Part shown: positions 44,039 to 55,108 of the stretch, one piece after another
How the letters are laid out: each line of letters starts with the position of its first letter
How positions within the stretch are numbered: position 1 is the stretch's first letter
Assembly (NCBI RefSeq): GCF_013122565.1
Contig: NZ_CP053258.1
Strand: one strand, 5' to 3'
Origin: Escherichia coli
Lineage (GTDB): Bacteria > Pseudomonadota > Gammaproteobacteria > Enterobacterales > Enterobacteriaceae
Length of the DNA stretch: 64,000 nucleotides
Notes under the pieces: generated by a model
The model's database searches: none
The model's input: only the letters and a program-made list of their open reading frames with translations
What the model was told of the DNA's origin: nothing
Program-made: the position numbers and the translations under genes

Positions 44039-44387
44039 CTGTCAGCATGTTGTTTTTGTTGATTTTTCAACCAGCAAATTCATTAAAAAATTTACATATC
44101 GCTGTAGCGCCCGTCATCCGTACGCTCTGCTTTTTACTTTGAGCTACATCAAAAAAAGTTCAAACATCCTTGATGCAAAGCACTATATATAGACTTTAAA
44201 ATGCGTCCCAACCCAATATGTTGTATTAATCGACTATAATTGCTACTACAGCTCCCCACGAAAAAGGTGCGGCGTTGTGGATAAGCGGATGGCGATTGCG
44301 GAAAGCACCGGAAAACGAAACGAAAAAACCGGAAAACGCCTTTCACAATTTCTGTGGATAACCTGTTCTTAAAAATATGGAGCGATC

Positions 44388-46526
44388 ATGACACCGCATG
44401 TGATGAAACGAGACGGCTGCAAAGTGCCGTTTAAATCAGAGCGCATCAAAGAAGCAATTCTGCGTGCAGCTAAAGCAGCGGAAGTCGATGATGCCGATTA
44501 TTGCGCCACTGTTGCCGCGGTTGTCAGCGAGCAGATGCATGGCCGCAACCAGGTGGATATCAACGAGATCCAGACCGCAGTTGAAAACCAGCTGATGTCG
44601 GGTCCATACAAACAACTGGCTCGTGCTTACATCGAGTACCGTCACGATCGCGACATTGAACGTGAAAAACGCGGTCGCCTGAACCAGGAGATCCGTGGTC
44701 TGGTCGAGCAGACCAACGCCTCGTTACTCAACGAAAACGCCAACAAAGACAGCAAGGTGATTCCAACCCAGCGCGACCTGCTGGCCGGGATCGTGGCTAA
44801 ACACTATGCACGTCAGCACCTGCTGCCGCGTGACGTGGTGCAGGCACATGAGCGTGGCGATATTCACTATCACGATCTCGATTACTCGCCGTTCTTCCCG
44901 ATGTTCAACTGCATGTTGATCGACCTGAAAGGCATGCTGACCCAGGGCTTTAAAATGGGGAACGCCGAGATTGAACCGCCGAAGTCGATCTCTACGGCAA
45001 CCGCGGTAACTGCGCAGATTATTGCTCAGGTTGCCAGCCATATTTATGGCGGCACCACCATTAACCGTATCGATGAAGTGCTGGCACCGTTTGTCACCGC
45101 CAGCTACAACAAACATCGCAAGACCGCAGAAGAGTGGAACATCCCGGACGCCGAAGGCTACGCTAACTCTCGTACCATTAAAGAGTGCTACGATGCCTTC
45201 CAGTCGCTGGAGTACGAAGTAAACACTCTGCACACCGCCAACGGTCAGACGCCGTTTGTAACCTTTGGTTTTGGTCTGGGCACCAGCTGGGAGTCGCGCC
45301 TGATTCAGGAATCTATCCTGCGTAACCGTATCGCAGGCCTCGGTAAAAACCGTAAAACTGCGGTGTTTCCGAAACTGGTGTTTGCGATTCGCGATGGCCT
45401 GAACCATAAAAAAGGCGATCCGAACTACGACATCAAACAGCTGGCGCTGGAGTGCGCAAGCAAGCGCATGTATCCGGATATCCTGAACTACGATCAGGTA
45501 GTGAAAGTCACCGGTTCGTTTAAAACTCCGATGGGCTGCCGCAGCTTCCTCGGCGTGTGGGAAAATGAAAACGGCGAGCAGATCCACGATGGTCGTAACA
45601 ACCTCGGCGTGATCAGCCTGAACCTGCCGCGTATTGCTCTGGAAGCAAAAGGCGATGAAGCCACCTTCTGGAAGCTGCTGGATGAACGTCTGGTGCTGGC
45701 ACGTAAGGCGCTGATGACCCGTATCGCTCGTCTCGAAGGCGTGAAAGCGCGCGTGGCCCCGATCCTCTATATGGAAGGTGCTTGTGGCGTGCGTCTGAAT
45801 GCTGACGATGATGTTTCTGAAATCTTCAAAAACGGTCGTGCGTCTATTTCGCTGGGTTACATCGGCATCCACGAAACCATTAACGCGCTGTTCGGCGGCG
45901 AGCATGTTTACGACAACGAGCAGCTTCGCGCGAAAGGTATCGCCATTGTTGAACGTCTGCGTCAGGCAGTGGATCAGTGGAAAGAAGAAACGGGTTATGG
46001 TTTCAGTCTCTACAGCACGCCGAGTGAAAACCTGTGCGACCGCTTCTGCCGTCTCGATACTGCTGAGTTTGGCGTGGTGCCGGGCGTGACCGATAAAGGT
46101 TACTACACCAACAGTTTCCACCTCGATGTGGAGAAGAAGGTGAACCCGTACGACAAGATCGACTTTGAAGCGCCTTACCCGCCGCTGGCGAACGGTGGTT
46201 TCATTTGCTACGGCGAGTATCCAAACATTCAGCACAACCTGAAGGCGCTGGAAGATGTCTGGGATTACAGCTATCAGCATGTACCGTATTACGGCACCAA
46301 TACGCCGATCGATGAGTGCTACGAGTGTGGCTTTACCGGTGAGTTCGAGTGCACCAGCAAAGGCTTCACTTGCCCGAAATGTGGTAACCATGACGCCTCC
46401 CGTGTGTCGGTAACTCGCCGCGTGTGCGGATATTTAGGTAGCCCGGATGCACGTCCGTTTAACGCTGGTAAGCAGGAAGAAGTTAAGCGCCGCGTTAAAC
46501 ATTTGGGGAATGGGCAGATAGGTTAA
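44388..46526 (+). CDS. nrdD: Anaerobic ribonucleoside-triphosphate reductase
   Basis: 712 aa; C-terminal glycyl-radical region and zinc-ribbon CxxC...CxxC. Confidence 0.97.
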   Translation: MTPHVMKRDGCKVPFKSERIKEAILRAAKAAEVDDADYCATVAAVVSEQMHGRNQVDINEIQTAVENQLMSGPYKQLARAYIEYRHDRDIEREKRGRLNQEIRGLVEQTNASLLNENANKDSKVIPTQRDLLAGIVAKHYARQHLLPRDVVQAHERGDIHYHDLDYSPFFPMFNCMLIDLKGMLTQGFKMGNAEIEPPKSISTATAVTAQIIAQVASHIYGGTTINRIDEVLAPFVTASYNKHRKTAEEWNIPDAEGYANSRTIKECYDAFQSLEYEVNTLHTANGQTPFVTFGFGLGTSWESRLIQESILRNRIAGLGKNRKTAVFPKLVFAIRDGLNHKKGDPNYDIKQLALECASKRMYPDILNYDQVVKVTGSFKTPMGCRSFLGVWENENGEQIHDGRNNLGVISLNLPRIALEAKGDEATFWKLLDERLVLARKALMTRIARLEGVKARVAPILYMEGACGVRLNADDDVSEIFKNGRASISLGYIGIHETINALFGGEHVYDNEQLRAKGIAIVERLRQAVDQWKEETGYGFSLYSTPSENLCDRFCRLDTAEFGVVPGVTDKGYYTNSFHLDVEKKVNPYDKIDFEAPYPPLANGGFICYGEYPNIQHNLKALEDVWDYSYQHVPYYGTNTPIDECYECGFTGEFECTSKGFTCPKCGNHDASRVSVTRRVCGYLGSPDARPFNAGKQEEVKRRVKHLGNGQIG

Positions 46527-46548
46527 TCTTCACTCTGCGCTAAGCAAA

Positions 46549-46675
<127 letters not shown>

Positions 46676-46683
46676 GCGAAATA

Positions 46684-47148
46684 ATGAATTATCATCAGTA
46701 CTATCCTGTCGACATCGTCAACGGCCCCGGCACTCGCTGCACCCTGTTTGTCTCCGGGTGTGTTCATGAATGCCCCGGTTGCTATAACAAAAGCACATGG
46801 CGGGTAAATTCTGGTCAGCCATTTACCAAAGCAATGGAAGACCAGATCATTAACGATCTGAATGACACTCGTATCAAACGCCAGGGTATTTCCCTCTCCG
46901 GCGGCGATCCGCTGCATCCGCAAAACGTGCCGGATATTCTGAAACTGGTACAACGCATCCGCGCCGAGTGTCCGGGTAAAGACATCTGGGTGTGGACAGG
47001 CTATAAACTCGACGAACTCAACGCTGCGCAAATGCAGGTTGTTGATTTGATTAACGTGCTGGTCGACGGCAAATTTGTGCAGGATTTAAAAGACCCTTCC
47101 CTGATCTGGCGCGGCAGCAGCAATCAGGTGGTGCATCATTTGCGTTAA
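46684..47148 (+). CDS. nrdG: Anaerobic ribonucleotide reductase activating protein (radical SAM)
   Basis: 154 aa; cysteine cluster CTLFVSGCVHECPGC. Confidence 0.95.
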   Translation: MNYHQYYPVDIVNGPGTRCTLFVSGCVHECPGCYNKSTWRVNSGQPFTKAMEDQIINDLNDTRIKRQGISLSGGDPLHPQNVPDILKLVQRIRAECPGKDIWVWTGYKLDELNAAQMQVVDLINVLVDGKFVQDLKDPSLIWRGSSNQVVHHLR

Positions 47149-47439
47149 TCACTCATCCAGTCGTTTAGTCGCGTCTTCATAAACGGCTGAGTTCTCTCTC
47201 TTACCAATAGATATCACCAACACGAGCAACTCTTTATCGTTAACCTGATAAACCAGGCGATATCCCAGTGTGCGCAGCTTAATTTTGTAGCAGTCCGGTA
47301 AATCCCGCAGTTTAGCCGATGGATTGCGCGGCCTTTTTAGCAAATCCTCAAGCTTTTTTTTAAATTGTTCCCGGACTGTCACGCCCAGTTTTTGCCACTC
47401 TTTCAGCGCCCGCGGATCAAAAGCCAGCTCATAGTTCAT
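47149..47439 (-). CDS. RelE-family mRNA interferase toxin (RelE paralogue)
   Basis: Translation from MNYELAFDPRALKEWQKLG...DCYKIKLR..GYRLVYQV closely resembles E. coli RelE as I recall it; track ORF extends further upstream (to 47517), internal ATG chosen. Confidence 0.8.
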   Translation of the reverse strand: MNYELAFDPRALKEWQKLGVTVREQFKKKLEDLLKRPRNPSAKLRDLPDCYKIKLRTLGYRLVYQVNDKELLVLVISIGKRENSAVYEDATKRLDE

Positions 47440-47671
47440 CCAGTCGGACCTTAATGGCCTCTTGTGGGTTGGCCAGTCGTTCCCTGACAGTGCGTAACAA
47501 GGCTTCTTCACTATCACTGACAGTGAGCGTTTTTACCGGCATTCGTCCATTTTCCGCAACGTACTGAAACAGCAGCCGCACTGCTTCAGTAGGCGTGATA
47601 TTTAATTTTTCCAGCACCGCATAAGCCTCATTTTTCAGTTTGTCATCCAGGCGGACGTTAAGTGTGGCCAT
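47429..47671 (-). CDS. RelB/DinJ-family antitoxin
   Basis: 80-aa translation MATLNVRLDDKLKNEAYAVLEKLNITPTEA... resembles RelB; overlaps toxin start by 11 nt. Confidence 0.8.
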   Translation of the reverse strand: MATLNVRLDDKLKNEAYAVLEKLNITPTEAVRLLFQYVAENGRMPVKTLTVSDSEEALLRTVRERLANPQEAIKVRLDEL

Positions 47672-47689
47672 TATGCCTCCGGTAATTAT

Positions 47690-47735
47690 GAAAAGTGTAA
47701 TGCATTATAGCATTACATATGCATTACATTCATTT
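47690..47735 (-). promoter_or_regulatory. Putative RelB-type operator repeats in the TA promoter
   Basis: Repeated TGTAATGCATTA / GCATTACAT motifs immediately upstream of the antitoxin gene. Confidence 0.45.
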
Positions 47736-47861
47736 CTGGAAAACGCCTCGCAAAAATGGCGTCGACACGCAGAAATATGCCGTAGTGAAGAGAGATTTGG
47801 CGGTGATTTTACGAGGGGTAAGAAAGCGTTGGGCGGTAACGTTTCACCGCCCAATAAGGAA

Positions 47862-48251
<390 letters not shown>

Positions 48252-48430
48252 TCACTTCCTTTTTTATTTACACTTCATCCTTCACACTGCCTCATCGACG
48301 GCTACGCTCATTCGACCGGGTCACGTACTACGAGTACGCTCCCCGGCTCTCATTCACTTTCCGTCTCGATGCAGCGCGAATGATTTTGTGTAATTTTTTA
48401 GTTTATGGCGCGGCAGGTCGCGCCAGTTTT

Positions 48431-49783
48431 TTACTGCCCGGCGATTTTCATCTCCGGCAACAGCACAGAACCACACTGTATATTACTGCGTGTTTCAATA
48501 TCGTTACCGACGGTGACAATATTGCGCCACATATCTTTTAAATTACCTGCGATGGTGATTTCGCTCACCGGATACTGAATTTCGCCATTCTCTACCCAGA
48601 AGCCCGCTGCACCACGGGAATAATCACCGGTAATGGCACTCACGCCCTGACCCATCAGCTCCGTCACCACCAGCCCGGTGCCCATCTCTTTAAGCATTTG
48701 TTCGAAGCTTAGCCCTTGTCCGGCAATCCGCCAGTTGTGAATACCGCCCGCATGTCCGGTGCTTTTCAGCCCCAGTTTCCGCGCCGAGTAGCTGGTCAGC
48801 AACCACTGCGTCAGGATGCCATCTTTAATAATATCGCGACGCTCGGTGCGCACACCTTCGCTGTCGAAAGGCGTCGACGCCAGCCCTTTCAGCAGATGCG
48901 GATGCTCTTCAATGGTCAGCCAGTCCGGCAGAATTTGTTTACCCAGCGAATCCAGCAGGAAGGTGGATTTACGGTAAACCGATCCACCCGCTATCGCCCC
49001 AACCAGATGCCCAAAGAGCCCGGTTGCCACTTCATTGACAAAAATGACCGGCGCTTTCATGGTGGAGAGTTTACGCGGTGACAGGCGCGATAAAGTGCGG
49101 CGAGCACAGTCGGCCCCGACCCACTCTGGCGTTTGCAGATCGCTCATTGCACGACCAATGGTGTAGGCGTAATCACGCTCCATATCGCCATTTTCTTCAG
49201 CAATTACACAGCTGGAGAGCGAATGACGCGTAGAGCAGTAACCCTGCAACATGCCGTGGCTGTTGCCAAAAACTTTGACACCGTAGTGGCTGTTAAAGCT
49301 GCCGCCTTCGGTATTAGTAATACGTTTGTCCGCCTGCAATGCCGCCTGTTCTGCGCGGGCCGCCAGTTCAATGGCTTCATCCGGGGAAACTTCCGCGGGG
49401 TGGAACAAGTCGAGATCTGGTGCGTCAAAGGCCAGCAGCTCTTTGTCTGCCACGCCGGCACAGGGATCTGGCGAGGTATAACGGGCAATATCCAGCGCCG
49501 CCTGTACAGTACGGGCAATGGCCTGCGGGCTTAAATCGGTGGATGATGCGCTACCTTTGCGGTTCTGGTGATAAACAGTGATCCCCAGCGCGCCATCGCT
49601 ATTGAATTCAACATTCTCCACTTCACCATAACGCGTGCTTACGCTAATGCCGGTGGTCTTGCTGACGGCAACTTCCGCACCGTCCGATTTGCCTGAGGCC
49701 AACTCCAGCGCAGTGGAAACTGCTTCTTCCAGAATCTTGCGCTGCGCTTCAACTTGAGAGATTACTTTCATTGCAAGTGCCAT
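48431..49783 (-). CDS. pmbA: Metalloprotease PmbA (TldE)
   Basis: 450-aa translation [29 protein letters not shown]... Confidence 0.95.
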   Translation of the reverse strand: MALAMKVISQVEAQRKILEEAVSTALELASGKSDGAEVAVSKTTGISVSTRYGEVENVEFNSDGALGITVYHQNRKGSASSTDLSPQAIARTVQAALDIARYTSPDPCAGVADKELLAFDAPDLDLFHPAEVSPDEAIELAARAEQAALQADKRITNTEGGSFNSHYGVKVFGNSHGMLQGYCSTRHSLSSCVIAEENGDMERDYAYTIGRAMSDLQTPEWVGADCARRTLSRLSPRKLSTMKAPVIFVNEVATGLFGHLVGAIAGGSVYRKSTFLLDSLGKQILPDWLTIEEHPHLLKGLASTPFDSEGVRTERRDIIKDGILTQWLLTSYSARKLGLKSTGHAGGIHNWRIAGQGLSFEQMLKEMGTGLVVTELMGQGVSAITGDYSRGAAGFWVENGEIQYPVSEITIAGNLKDMWRNIVTVGNDIETRSNIQCGSVLLPEMKIAGQ

Positions 49784-49876
49784 AATGTAGAGAGTTTCTC
49801 TGAAGTCTAACAGAGAACCGTTTTTCAGTGCGCATCTTAACTGGTAACATTAGCCTCTTTTTTTAAGGAGCCTGAG

Positions 49877-50428
49877 ATGACTAAGCAGCCCGAAGACTGG
49901 CTCGACGACGTTCCCGGTGATGACATCGAAGACGAAGACGATGAAATTATCTGGGTCAGTAAAAGTGAAATTAAACGCGATGCCGAGGAGCTAAAACGCC
50001 TTGGCGCGGAAATTGTTGATCTGGGGAAAAACGCGCTGGATAAGATCCCGTTAGATGCGGATCTGCGCGCGGCTATTGAGCTCGCCCAGCGTATTAAGAT
50101 GGAAGGTCGCCGCCGCCAGTTGCAGCTCATCGGTAAGATGCTGCGCCAGCGCGATGTTGAACCGATCCGTCAGGCGCTGGATAAGCTGAAAAACCGTCAC
50201 AACCAGCAGGTGGTACTGTTCCATAAACTGGAAAACCTGCGCGATCGTCTGATCGATCAAGGTGATGACGCCATCGCTGAAGTATTGAATCTGTGGCCCG
50301 ATGCCGATCGTCAGCAACTGCGTACTCTGATCCGCAACGCGAAGAAAGAGAAAGAAGGGAATAAGCCGCCGAAATCCGCACGCCAGATTTTCCAGTATCT
50401 GCGCGAGTTAGCGGAGAACGAAGGGTAA
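49877..50428 (+). CDS. yjgA: Ribosome-associated protein YjgA (DUF615)
   Basis: 183-aa translation [40 protein letters not shown]... Confidence 0.9.
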
Positions 50429-50453
50429 TTTTCGTTGTTGATGTGAGTATGGT

Positions 50454-50500
50454 TTGCCGGATGCGGCGTAAACGCCTTATCCGGCAATGCTTTATCAGGC
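50454..50500. repeat. REP element
   Basis: gccggatgcggcgtaaacgccttatccggc palindromic motif. Confidence 0.7.
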
Positions 50501-50510
50501 TGAAGCCGAA

Positions 50511-51884
50511 TTACTGCGCAGCTTCCGCCTTCTTCGCCAGACCATCCAGCAGTTTCTGATGGATCCCACCAAAACCGCCGTTGCTCATCACCAGAATATG
50601 GTCGCCAGGCTGAGCGGTTTTCACCACCATATCTGCCAGCGTATCCACATCGCCACTCCAGTGTGCAGGCTGAACGCAGGCTTCTGCCACTTCTGCCACC
50701 TGCCACGGAATATGCGCCGGTTGCAGCAGGAAGACTTCATCGGCACGACCTAATGAAGGTGCCAAATCGTCTTTGCAGATCCCCATTTTCATGGTATTCG
50801 AGCGCGGTTCCAGCACAGCAATAATGCGCGCCGTACCACCAACTTTGCCACGCAGCGCCGCAAGCGTTGCCAGAATCGCCGTCGGGTGATGGGCAAAATC
50901 GTCATATACCGTGACGCCATTGGCTTCACCACGCAGTTCCAGACGGCGACGAGCGTTAATAAACGAACCCAGCGCGTTAGCGGCATCTGCCGGCGCTACA
51001 CCAACATGGCGAGCCGCCGCAATCGCCATCAGGCCATTGTGCATATTATGTTCGCCTACCAGCGACCATTTCACTTCGCCCACTTTTTCGCCATCCAGCA
51101 AGACTTCCCATTCAGAAGCGTCAGTGGTCAGCTTTTTCGCCTGCCAGTGACCTTGCTCGCCCACCAGCTCCTGCTCGCTCCAGCAGCCCATCGCCATGGT
51201 CTGTTTCAGGTTGATGTCGTTTTCCGGCCAGATAATACGGCCCTGCCCCGGAACGATACGCACCAGATGGTGGAACTGTTTCTGGATCGCTTTCAGGTCG
51301 TCAAAGATATCGGCGTGATCGAACTCAAGGTTGTTGAGGATCAGCGTACGCGGGCAGTAATGAACAAATTTAGAACGTTTGTCGAAGAAGGCGCAGTCAT
51401 ACTCATCCGCTTCGATAACAAAGAAGTCGCTTTCGCCCAGACGCGCCGAAACCTCAAAGTTCCCCGGCACACCGCCGATCACAAATCCCGGTTTGTAACC
51501 GCACTGTTCCAGAATCCAGGTCGCCATTCCCGCCGTGGTGGTTTTGCCGTGTGTACCAGCAACGGCCAGCACCCAGCGGTCGCGCAGCACAAAATCGTGC
51601 AGCCACTGTGGACCTGACATATAAGGGATGTTTTTTTCCAGTACCGCTTCCACACACGGATTTCCACGGGTCATGGCGTTGCCAATAATCACCAGATCCG
51701 GCTGCGGCTCGAGCTGGCTGGCATCGTAACCCTGAATCAGCTCAATGCCTTGCTTCTCAAGTAAGGTGCTCATCGGCGGATACACATTGGCGTCCGAACC
51801 CGTTACTTCATGGCCTAACTGGCGCGCCAGCATCGCCAGACCGCCCATAAACGTGCCACAAATTCCTAAAATATGAATGCGCAT
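50511..51884 (-). CDS. mpl: UDP-N-acetylmuramate:L-alanyl-gamma-D-glutamyl-meso-DAP ligase
   Basis: 457 aa; Mur ligase N-terminus MRIHILGICGTFMGGLA. Confidence 0.95.
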   Translation of the reverse strand: MRIHILGICGTFMGGLAMLARQLGHEVTGSDANVYPPMSTLLEKQGIELIQGYDASQLEPQPDLVIIGNAMTRGNPCVEAVLEKNIPYMSGPQWLHDFVLRDRWVLAVAGTHGKTTTAGMATWILEQCGYKPGFVIGGVPGNFEVSARLGESDFFVIEADEYDCAFFDKRSKFVHYCPRTLILNNLEFDHADIFDDLKAIQKQFHHLVRIVPGQGRIIWPENDINLKQTMAMGCWSEQELVGEQGHWQAKKLTTDASEWEVLLDGEKVGEVKWSLVGEHNMHNGLMAIAAARHVGVAPADAANALGSFINARRRLELRGEANGVTVYDDFAHHPTAILATLAALRGKVGGTARIIAVLEPRSNTMKMGICKDDLAPSLGRADEVFLLQPAHIPWQVAEVAEACVQPAHWSGDVDTLADMVVKTAQPGDHILVMSNGGFGGIHQKLLDGLAKKAEAAQ

Positions 51885-52059
51885 ACGTCACTATCCTTTT
51901 TTAATCTGCCGCTCATTTTACGCATATGTCGGGCAAGTGAGAAACGCATTTCAGGATAATCCGTAATTTGCTGGCGCGATTCACCTGAGCGCAACATTCC
52001 GATTATTTGTTAAGATTGTTACGGTCGCTTTACTCCATAAACATTGCAGGGAAAGTTTT

Positions 52060-53058
52060 ATGAAAACGTTAGGTGAATTTATTGTCGAAAAGCAGCACGA
52101 GTTTTCTCATGCTACCGGTGAGCTCACTGCTTTGCTGTCGGCAATAAAACTGGGCGCCAAGATTATCCATCGCGATATCAACAAAGCAGGACTGGTTGAT
52201 ATCCTGGGTGCCAGCGGTGCTGAGAACGTGCAGGGCGAGGTTCAGCAGAAACTCGACTTGTTCGCTAATGAAAAACTGAAAGCCGCACTGAAAGCACGCG
52301 ATATCGTTGCGGGCATTGCCTCTGAAGAAGAAGATGAGATTGTCGTCTTTGAAGGCTGTGAACACGCAAAATACGTGGTGCTGATGGACCCCCTGGATGG
52401 CTCGTCCAACATCGATGTTAACGTCTCTGTCGGTACCATTTTCTCCATCTACCGCCGCGTTACGCCTGTCGGCACGCCGGTAACGGAAGAAGATTTCCTC
52501 CAGCCTGGTAACAAACAGGTTGCGGCAGGTTACGTGGTATACGGCTCCTCTACCATGCTGGTTTACACCACCGGATGCGGTGTTCACGCCTTTACTTACG
52601 ATCCTTCGCTCGGCGTTTTCTGCCTGTGCCAGGAACGGATGCGCTTCCCGGAGAAAGGCAAAACCTACTCCATCAACGAAGGAAACTACATTAAGTTTCC
52701 GAACGGGGTGAAGAAGTACATTAAATTCTGCCAGGAAGAAGATAAATCCACCAACCGCCCGTATACCTCACGTTATATCGGTTCACTGGTCGCGGATTTC
52801 CACCGTAACCTGCTGAAAGGCGGTATTTATCTCTACCCAAGCACCGCCAGCCACCCGGACGGTAAACTGCGTTTACTGTATGAGTGCAACCCGATGGCAT
52901 TCCTGGCGGAACAAGCGGGCGGTAAAGCGAGCGATGGCAAAGAGCGTATTCTGGATATCATCCCGGAAACCCTGCACCAGCGCCGTTCATTCTTTGTCGG
53001 CAACGACCATATGGTTGAAGATGTCGAACGCTTTATCCGTGAGTTCCCGGACGCGTAA
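52060..53058 (+). CDS. fbp: Fructose-1,6-bisphosphatase class 1
   Basis: 332-aa translation [32 protein letters not shown]... Confidence 0.95.
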
Positions 53059-53066
53059 TCTCCTGC

Positions 53067-53094
53067 GCCTCTCCACACGGAGAGGCGTTTTTAT
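53067..53094. terminator. Bidirectional terminator between fbp and yjfF
   Basis: gcctctcc-acac-ggagaggc hairpin followed by gttttt. Confidence 0.7.
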
Positions 53095-54086
53095 TGCTGC
53101 GCAATGTTGACTCTTGTCACAGGCGAACTCTGACGATTCTCCCACAGCACCGTTAATCCACGCTGTAATGCTATAAAAATAAACAACAAAATACCGATGG
53201 CGATTTTCGTCCACCATGAGCTCAGCGTGCCATCAAAGTTTATGTAAGTCTGAATCAGTCCCTGAATCGCCACGCCAAAAAGCGTCCCTAATACCGTTCC
53301 AACGCCACCGCTCAAAAGCGTACCGCCAATCACCACCGACGCGATAGCGTCCAGTTCCACACCTACGCCCGCCAGCGCATATCCAGCCTGGGTATAAATC
53401 GAGAAGACTATCCCCGCCAGCGTTGCCAGTCCGGTGGAAAGCATATAAATGCGAATAGTGGTGCTGCGAGTGGAAATCCCCATCAGGTTCGCCGACGTTG
53501 CGTTGCCGCCAATGGCGTATACCTGATTACCAAAACGGGTACGATGCGCGAGGAATATGCCGATAACCACCACCGCCAGCATCAGCAGTCCCATCGCACT
53601 TAAGCGACCGCCGCCGGGGATTTTCCACGCAAGGCTTGAGAGCGTGTCATAAATGGGATGGTTTATCGGGATCGACTCTTCCGAAACGAGATAGCTGACG
53701 CCGCGCAAAAAGAACATTCCCGCAAGCGTAATGATAAATGCCGGGATCTTCAGGGCGTCGATCAGAAGCCCCATAAATGCGCCGAAGGCACAGCCCATCA
53801 CCAGCACCAGTGGAAACGCCAGCAGCGGCGAGAGGCCAAAATCGCCAATCACTTTTGCCAGAAACACGCCGGTAAAGGCGATCACCGAACCGACGGAGAG
53901 ATCGATCCCACCGGAGAGGATCACAAAGGTCATGCCAACGGCGATTATCCCAAGAAAGGCATTATCGGTCAGAATATTGCAGATCACTCTTGTGGAAGCA
54001 AAACCGGGAAACTGGGTCAGGCAGTAAAGATAACCCAACACAAAGACGCCGATGGTGATCATCAGTGGCAAATTACGTTTTATCAC
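53091..54086 (-). CDS. yjfF: Galactofuranose ABC transporter permease YjfF
   Basis: 331-aa polytopic membrane protein; last gene of the ytfQRT-yjfF operon. Confidence 0.9.
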   Translation of the reverse strand: MIKRNLPLMITIGVFVLGYLYCLTQFPGFASTRVICNILTDNAFLGIIAVGMTFVILSGGIDLSVGSVIAFTGVFLAKVIGDFGLSPLLAFPLVLVMGCAFGAFMGLLIDALKIPAFIITLAGMFFLRGVSYLVSEESIPINHPIYDTLSSLAWKIPGGGRLSAMGLLMLAVVVIGIFLAHRTRFGNQVYAIGGNATSANLMGISTRSTTIRIYMLSTGLATLAGIVFSIYTQAGYALAGVGVELDAIASVVIGGTLLSGGVGTVLGTLFGVAIQGLIQTYINFDGTLSSWWTKIAIGILLFIFIALQRGLTVLWENRQSSPVTRVNIAQQ

Positions 54087-55095
54087 GGTTACGTACTCCT
54101 TTAATCAGACTGATAAAGCGTTGCGACTGAACAATCAGCACACAAAGCACCACCACCGCTTTTACGACCTGGTTCATCTCCGGCGGAAAGCCAGAAAGTA
54201 AAATTCCGGTATTCATTCCCTGAATAATCAGCGCCCCCACCACCGAAAGTAGCAGGTTAAAGCGCCCGCCCATCAGCGAACCACCGCCAATCACCACCGC
54301 GAGAATGGCGTCCAGCTCCAGCCATAACCCGGCGTTGTTGGCATCGGCACCGCGAATATCCGCCGCCACGATAATGCCCGCAATCGCCGCACATAGCCCG
54401 CTCAACACGTAGGTGAGCATGACGATGATTCGCGTGTTTACCCCGGCATTTTTTGCCGCCCGAATGTTGATACCAACGGCTTCGATAAACATCCCCAGTG
54501 CCGTTTTGCGGGTCAACAGCCAGAACAGGAGAAGCGTCAGCACCGCAATAATGACTGGCGTTGGCAGGAACAACAGCGATCCACTGCCAAACCATGAGAG
54601 ATCCGGTGAGTTAAACGTGACGATCTGTCCGGAGGTGATCAGTTGCGCCACGCCGCGCCCGGCGACCATCAGGATCAGGGTGGCGACAAACGGCTGAATT
54701 TTGAGGATCGCTACCAGTATGCCGTTCCACAATCCCGCCAGGATGCCAGTGCCCAGGGCGCTTAACAAAACAATCGGCAGGCTGAATCCCGCGACCGTCA
54801 TCGCAGCCGTTGTGGCTCCGGCGATAGCCATCACCGCCCCCACAGAGAGATCAATCCCACCGGTGGCGATCACCAGCGTCATGCCAATCGCCAGTAACGC
54901 CACGGGAGCTGCACGGTTAAGAATGTCGATAGGGCTACCGAACAAACGCCCATCCTGAAGCACCACCTGCCAGAAATGCGGGGCCACCAGGCTGTCGACC
55001 AGCAGCACCAGCAATAGCGCTACCAGCTGCGGCATCCCCGTCGGCCAGCGAAAGCGCCTTTTTGGCGGCGTGGTGTCCGGGAGAGATTGAGGCAT
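54073..55095 (-). CDS. ytfT: Galactofuranose ABC transporter permease YtfT
   Basis: Translation MPQSLPDTTPPKRRFRWPTGMPQLVALL...; ATG at 55095 has an AGGAG RBS; the track ORF start 55119 is a TTG further upstream. Confidence 0.85.
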   Translation of the reverse strand: MPQSLPDTTPPKRRFRWPTGMPQLVALLLVLLVDSLVAPHFWQVVLQDGRLFGSPIDILNRAAPVALLAIGMTLVIATGGIDLSVGAVMAIAGATTAAMTVAGFSLPIVLLSALGTGILAGLWNGILVAILKIQPFVATLILMVAGRGVAQLITSGQIVTFNSPDLSWFGSGSLLFLPTPVIIAVLTLLLFWLLTRKTALGMFIEAVGINIRAAKNAGVNTRIIVMLTYVLSGLCAAIAGIIVAADIRGADANNAGLWLELDAILAVVIGGGSLMGGRFNLLLSVVGALIIQGMNTGILLSGFPPEMNQVVKAVVVLCVLIVQSQRFISLIKGVRNRDKT

Positions 55096-55108
55096 CACAC
55101 TGTTCTCC

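Noticed and set aside
44724-46391. 555-aa minus-strand ORF antisense to nrdD
   Set aside because: Shadow ORF; the sense strand encodes the conserved anaerobic ribonucleotide reductase.
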